Source of the DNA: the human T2T-CHM13v2.0 reference genome, Homo sapiens
Length of the DNA stretch: 64,000 nt
Assembly: GCF_009914755.1 (NCBI RefSeq)
Contig: NC_060947.1
Strand: one strand, 5' to 3'
The notes beneath the pieces were generated by a model. The model saw only the letters and a list, made by a program, of their open reading frames with translations. It searched no databases and was not told the DNA's origin. The position numbers and the translations under genes were made by a program. Each line of letters begins with the position of its first letter. Positions within the stretch are counted from its first letter, which is position 1. Shown in pieces: positions 55,521-64,000 of this stretch.

Positions 55521-55573
55521 AGAAGGTGAGGGTTGAAAAATTACCTATTGGGTACAACGTTCACTATTCAGGT

Positions 55574-57920
<2,347 letters not shown>

Positions 57921-60900
57921 GGGTGATGGGTCTGCACGGAATATATGCATGTAACAGAACCGCGCTTGTACCCTCTCAATCTATAAAACAAATAAAACCA
58001 GCCTAATAAAAGTTTACATAAAATGTAAAAAACAAAGCAAAGCCTCCTTTCTGCGGGTCTGTGTAAACGAGCACAGCTGGTGGGAAGGGCGCGGGTGGGG
58101 GGTTCTGCTGCCCCCCATCCCTGCCCTGCTGCAGGCCCTCGCCCCCAGCCCCATTCTTTCTGTTCTCCGCTTGGCTGCAGCCGCACGTCGGCCCCCTCCC
58201 CAGGAGCTGGAAGTACAAAGCCCTTCCAGGTGGACTCTGGCTCCCCCTTTGTTCCCAGCTTATTCTAATTCCAAAGCTCATTGTGCCCGGCTCGCCTTCA
58301 GAAGAGGAGGCGCCCCCATCCTGTCTCCAGCTGCCCATCCTCCCAGGATAACCAGTCACCCCAGGGCCCGGTGGCCCCTCACCCAGCCCCTCCCCGGTCC
58401 GCAGCTGCCCTAGGCTTGAGTGGGCGCTGGCTCCAATTCTCAGGCCTCCCCCAACAAACAGGAGCATTCCGGCTAGCCCCCCTCCCCTGCCCTCCCCCCA
58501 GCTCCCCTTCTCCTCCCCTCTCCCTCCTCCTCAGCTCCTACTCCAACCCCCCAGCCCCAGCTGGGGCCTGAAAGGCTGCCCACTCCCTGGGACACGGTAA
58601 GGGGAGGGTGCAGCTCTCCCCCCGCCCCTCCCCGGTCGCCTCTGCCCCAGAGAACAGTTTGCTTCTCACCCAGAAGCCACCATAGGAGCTCTGGGCTGGG
58701 CACAGGTCGCAGGGCACCCCCACCCCCTCCTGCACATGCTCGGAACCCCCCTTCAGTGAGTAGAACACAAGGGCCTGGCAAGACAGGCGGAGGCTTGGAA
58801 AGGGCTGGCGGGGGACAGCTACCCGGCCCTCAGCTGGGGGCCTGGAGAGCCCACCCTGCCCCTCCCCAGCAGCTGCTGCCCCCGGGCCGAGCCTGACGCG
58901 CCTTGACAAAGCCCGAGAACGCTTTGAAGCCTTCGGACGTGGGAGAGGACCCAGCCAGGGATGGAAATCGCTTTGCCTTTGTTCCCCCAACTGCTCAGCA
59001 GCTCGTGGGAGCAGCCTCAGAAGACCCTGTCACTGGCCGCCCGGGTCAGAGCCTGTGACAGAGACCAGAGCTCCGGCCGGAGCTCCCCGCCGGGAACTCC
59101 AGCCTTACCAGCCTGAACTTCATGCACTGCTCAAAGAGGCCCAGCTCGCCCTGGCTGGGCAGGGGCGGCTCCCAGGGTGGCCGACGTGGGGAGGGTTCCT
59201 GAACCTCCCTCAGGAGCCTCCTGGGACAGAGTCCTGGAGGTCAGCAGAGAAAGGGAAGCCCAGGCTGTGGGCCCCGCGTGGAGGGAAAACTCAGGGGGAA
59301 CGCCCCGAGGCTGGGAGGGCACAGCCCCATCACACTCCATCTCGTAGTCTTGGAGAAAAATTTAGTTCTACCTCCAGGGCACAGAAAAGCCCAAAGAAGG
59401 GATGAGATAAAGGAGGGGCTGGTCAGATTTGTGCTTCAGGAGGGTCCCTCTGGCTGCTCAGAGAATGCAGTTTGGGGTCTGGCCCAGGCCGTGAGGAGGA
59501 GTTCACAGTCACTATGGGGTCCAGACCAGCTGGGGGCGGGAGGCAGGGCCTGGCCCAGGGGCTGGTAGTGGGTGCACCCCAGGCTGGGCTGGCAAAGGGC
59601 GGGGAAGAAGGTGGGTGTGGGAAGGGGTGGCTGCCTGGAGAAGAGCCCAGTTCCAGGAGGTCGTGGGAGTCAGGTATGGGGGCCCACTGGACCTCCCCTC
59701 AGATGTGGGGGCTCCCACTCCGAGGGTCCATGGAGCAGTGGCAGCCATTCTGGACAGCCCCCCACCCTTCACTTCTGTCTCCAGTACCCTCCAGCCTGGC
59801 CACCTCGCCCTCTGCCTCGGCCTCCTCTGATCTCACAAAGGCAGCAGCAGTCAGGGGTGGCGACTCCCTCATGATCCTGTCCCTGGCCTCGGAACCCACC
59901 GGAGGAGTAACCGCAGCAGTGGTCACTTCCCCAAAGTGCCATCAGCTCTCCTACATCCTTCTCGAGCCTCTGCTTTCTCTCCCTTCCACCCCCACCCCTT
60001 TGACAAGCAACATCTGAAAGTCTCCCCTGCCCGCGGCTCCCAGAGCTGTCTGGCCGTGGCCTGCACTCTCCCTCAAAGCGGCCCTCCCCCAGGTCACCGT
60101 CCTCCCTTCGATGACATCACGCGCCCACCCCGCACTCCTGCTGGGCTGAGGCCCTCCGAGCCTACTTCACCGGGTCCTCTTCTTTCTCTCAAAGGCAATG
60201 GGGTTTGCCTGTGGTCCAGCTGGGTTGGCCCTCTTCCCTCTGTCCTGGGTCCTTGAGTGGCCCCGCTTCTTTAGGCCATCTATGAGTCACTTCTCTAATG
60301 CCCCTGTCTCCAGACCAGCTTCAGTCAAAGGCTGGGCCAGAGAAGACCCTAGTGAGAAACTTCTGATGAGCAGTGTGACCTTGCCACCTCAGGGGTACCC
60401 ACCCACCACCCCTGGTCTAAGCACAGGTGACACCGCCTGTCTCCCCCAACCACACACACCCCTTGAGGCTCCTCCTCCAAGCCTGGGTGGGGACACTGTC
60501 CCTCCCTCACCCAGCAAGCTCAATCTGGCTTGGGCCGGAACTGCTTTTCTTCCTAAAGCTGGACGGATGGCCGCGGGCTTAGCTTAACGGGATGAGCCAT
60601 CTGGGGACTGCAGTGTCCACGATCAGATCAGGGAGCTTGAAGCTGAGGGGGGCACACTTTACCTCCCAGGCCAGGACAATGACCACTTCCTTCCCCACCC
60701 CACCCCCAGGCTACTCTTAGCCCTAGAAAATTCTAAACAAGCTGCTCAGCTGGCGGCGGAGAGGCAGCCCAACAAGCTGGCTCTTGCTAGGGAGGCCTGG
60801 GGGGTCCTGGGGAGAGGAACACGGGGTGGGTGGGGGGCGGGCAGCCAGGACCTCAGGCCTGAGGCCTTTGGGGAAGGGTCTGTGCACCTGCCAGGCACCA

Positions 60901-61697
60901 GGGGGCAGCCTTGCCTTGTTCCCGCTCCAGTCCCCTCAAGTCCGAAGCCCCTACCCACTCTCACGCCAGGCAGGGGTGGGGGCCGCCGGGGTCATTTACC
61001 CGGGCCCCTTCTCTGCCTTGATGACAAAGTCGAGCCTTGCTCATCAGCCAGGCAGGCTCCCCTCTGCCCACTGTGGAGACACAGAGGCCTGTCACCTGAA
61101 GAGCTGGTCCCGGCCTCCAGCTTCCAGGGTAGCCGGGAAGCTGTAGCCCCCAGTGGGCAGCGGTGGAGAGAGCTCAAGGAAGGAGGGAGCACCGGGAGGA
61201 GACGGCTGCAGCCTGCCAGGAGCGGGGAGAAAGGGAGAGAAGGGGAGGCGGAGGGCTGAGGGGGCCCGGGGGACGTCTTCCCAGGGCTGGGAGGGGCCGG
61301 CCGGGAAGCCTGGGCTGCACTAGGAGCCGGCGACCCTGGGGCGAGGGGCGGCCCGGAGCCCTGCGGGAGGAGCTGGCGGCCGCCCCAGGTAGCAACCATC
61401 CTGCCTCCCGCTGGAGCGGCGTCTCCTCCCCGGGAGGAGGGCAGGGAGGAGGTGGGCGGAGTGTGACGAGGAGGGCGGGAGGGAGGGATGCGGGAGGGGG
61501 AGGGGGAGGGGGGCCGGCCGGCCGTGGGGGTGGGGCGATAGTGACATCACCCCGGAGTCGGTTTTTAAGCGGCGGCCGGCCGGGGACGGGGAAGAGAGGG
61601 ATAGTCGGAGCGAGGTGGCGAGTCGCTGAGCCCGCCGCGGCCCCGAGAGCGGCTGCAGCCGCCGCCGCCGGGAAGGAGAGGGCGAGGCGCGCCCGAG

Positions 61698-61700
61698 CCG

Positions 61701-61734
<34 letters not shown>

Positions 61735-61741
61735 CGCCACC
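61698..61741 (+). repeat. (GCC)n trinucleotide repeat with ACC interruptions in the SLC6A8 5'UTR (second tract about 61936-61959)
   Basis: Directly visible. Confidence 0.9.
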
Positions 61742-62006
61742 GGAGTCGCGGGCCAGCCGGGCAGCCTCCGCGGGCCCCGGCCGGGGCGGGGGGCGCGGGC
61801 CACAGGCCCCTGCTCCGGCCGCCGCTTGCAGACCGCGGGCGCCGATGTCGCCCGCGCCCCGCTAGGCTGAGCCTCGGGTCGGGCGAGGAGCCGCCGCAGC
61901 CGCCGCCGCCCGAGCCGCGGGCAGGAGCCTCGGGAGCCGCCGCCGCCGCCGCCGCCGCCCGGCCGGGCCCCGCCGCCGCCCGCGCGCCCCCGGGCCCCCG
62001 ACACAC

Positions 62007-62054
62007 ATGAGATTCTTCAGGCTCACTTTCAAGTGCTTCGTGGACTGCTTCTGA
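62007..62054 (+). CDS. Upstream ORF in the SLC6A8 5'UTR, 15 aa MRFFRLTFKCFVDCF
   Basis: ATG AGA TTC TTC AGG CTC ACT TTC AAG TGC TTC GTG GAC TGC TTC TGA; translation is inferred, not shown. Confidence 0.65.
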   Translation: MRFFRLTFKCFVDCF

Positions 62055-62182
62055 CTGCGCCGCCCGCGCCCCGCACCCCGCCGCCCGCCCGCCGCCCCGT
62101 CCCCCGGCCCGGCCGCCCCCCGGCCCCCGGCCGGCCCGCGCCCTCGGGGCCCTCCCCGGTGCCGCCGGTGCCCCCCGCCTGA

Positions 62183-63187
<1,005 letters not shown>

Positions 63188-64000
63188 TGATGGGTGGGAA
63201 ACAGAGGTCCAGAGCAAAGGCCTTTGCCCAAGGTCAGGAGAAGGATGCTGGGACCTGGAGTCAGGCAAGTTGCAGCCAAGCTCAGCCTCTGAGTAGTGGA
63301 GCGAGCCCAGCCAGGGCAAGGGTAGGAGGCCCAGAGAGGAGAAGGGGGTAGTGGCACCCAGCTCTCCCTGCCCTTCTGCCACCCCCACCCCAGCCTGCTG
63401 GCCTCAGGAGATAGGCCTGTGTCACGCCCTGCCTATCTCCTGCAGAGCCTGACTCCCTGGCCTTGCTAAGGCCGGCCTGGCCCCTCTTCCGCACCTGTAT
63501 CCCTCTGTCCTTGCACATCGCCATCCCACCAGCAGGGGACTGTGACCCACCCACCCTCTGCCTTAGACCTCACACTTGCAGGCAAGCGTCCAAGGGCAGG
63601 ACAGTCGCGCTCCCTGCCTTTGGATGAGCCCCCCAGGCCTGATCACCCAGCCTTGGCACACATGCACACATGCACGTGCCCTCACTGTGCTGCCTGAAAC
63701 AGGGAATTGCAGCACTAGGGACAGCCCGCGTGTCTGAGCGTGTGTGTCCTCCATGGCCATCGCCCCAAGTGACCGTGGGGGTGGAAGCCCTGGGGGCCTA
63801 GGGCCCCTCTGCCACCCAGGGAATAGGGCTCCAATGGCTCAGGGGCTACTGTAGCCCCTCTTCAACACACTCAACCCACCCCCTCAAGACTCCACCTGGG
63901 GCCTGAGTCAGTGGCCACCCCTACACTGACTCACCCAGTCGGAAGTTGTGATGGGGCCTTTGGAGTCTGGGCTGGCCCGCTGGGCCTGGGCAGCCTGGCT

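Overview
Human-type GC-rich euchromatic DNA, recognisable as Xq28. It contains the complete DUSP9/MKP-4 gene (+; three coding exons that splice to 384 aa), an RPL18A processed retrocopy with an unbroken 176-codon ORF inside an old L1, a 7SL-derived retrocopy, the complete PNCK/CaMKI-beta gene (-; nine core coding exons giving 343 aa, plus alternative first exons and a 3'UTR intron), and the CpG-island promoter and exon 1 of SLC6A8 (creatine transporter, +). Intergenic DNA is rich in Alu, L1 and LTR elements (MLT1, MST, LTR10-like, LTR7B-like, LTR8-like; subfamily names are from recall of consensus sequences). Main observations: (1) a compositionally anomalous 15-aa uORF (MRFFRLTFKCFVDCF) in the SLC6A8 leader, a candidate peptide-dependent, possibly creatine-sensing, regulator; (2) a strong-Kozak antisense exon in the SLC6A8 island that would splice in frame to PNCK, implying a bidirectional promoter; (3) a complex Alu-mediated rearrangement at 49.5-57.2 kb that can be reconstructed from split elements and misplaced TSDs; (4) an inverted duplication with 1.6-1.9 kb arms downstream of DUSP9, carrying independent AluY insertions in both arms. 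Most ORFs in the supplied track are GC-content, Alu or microsatellite artefacts.
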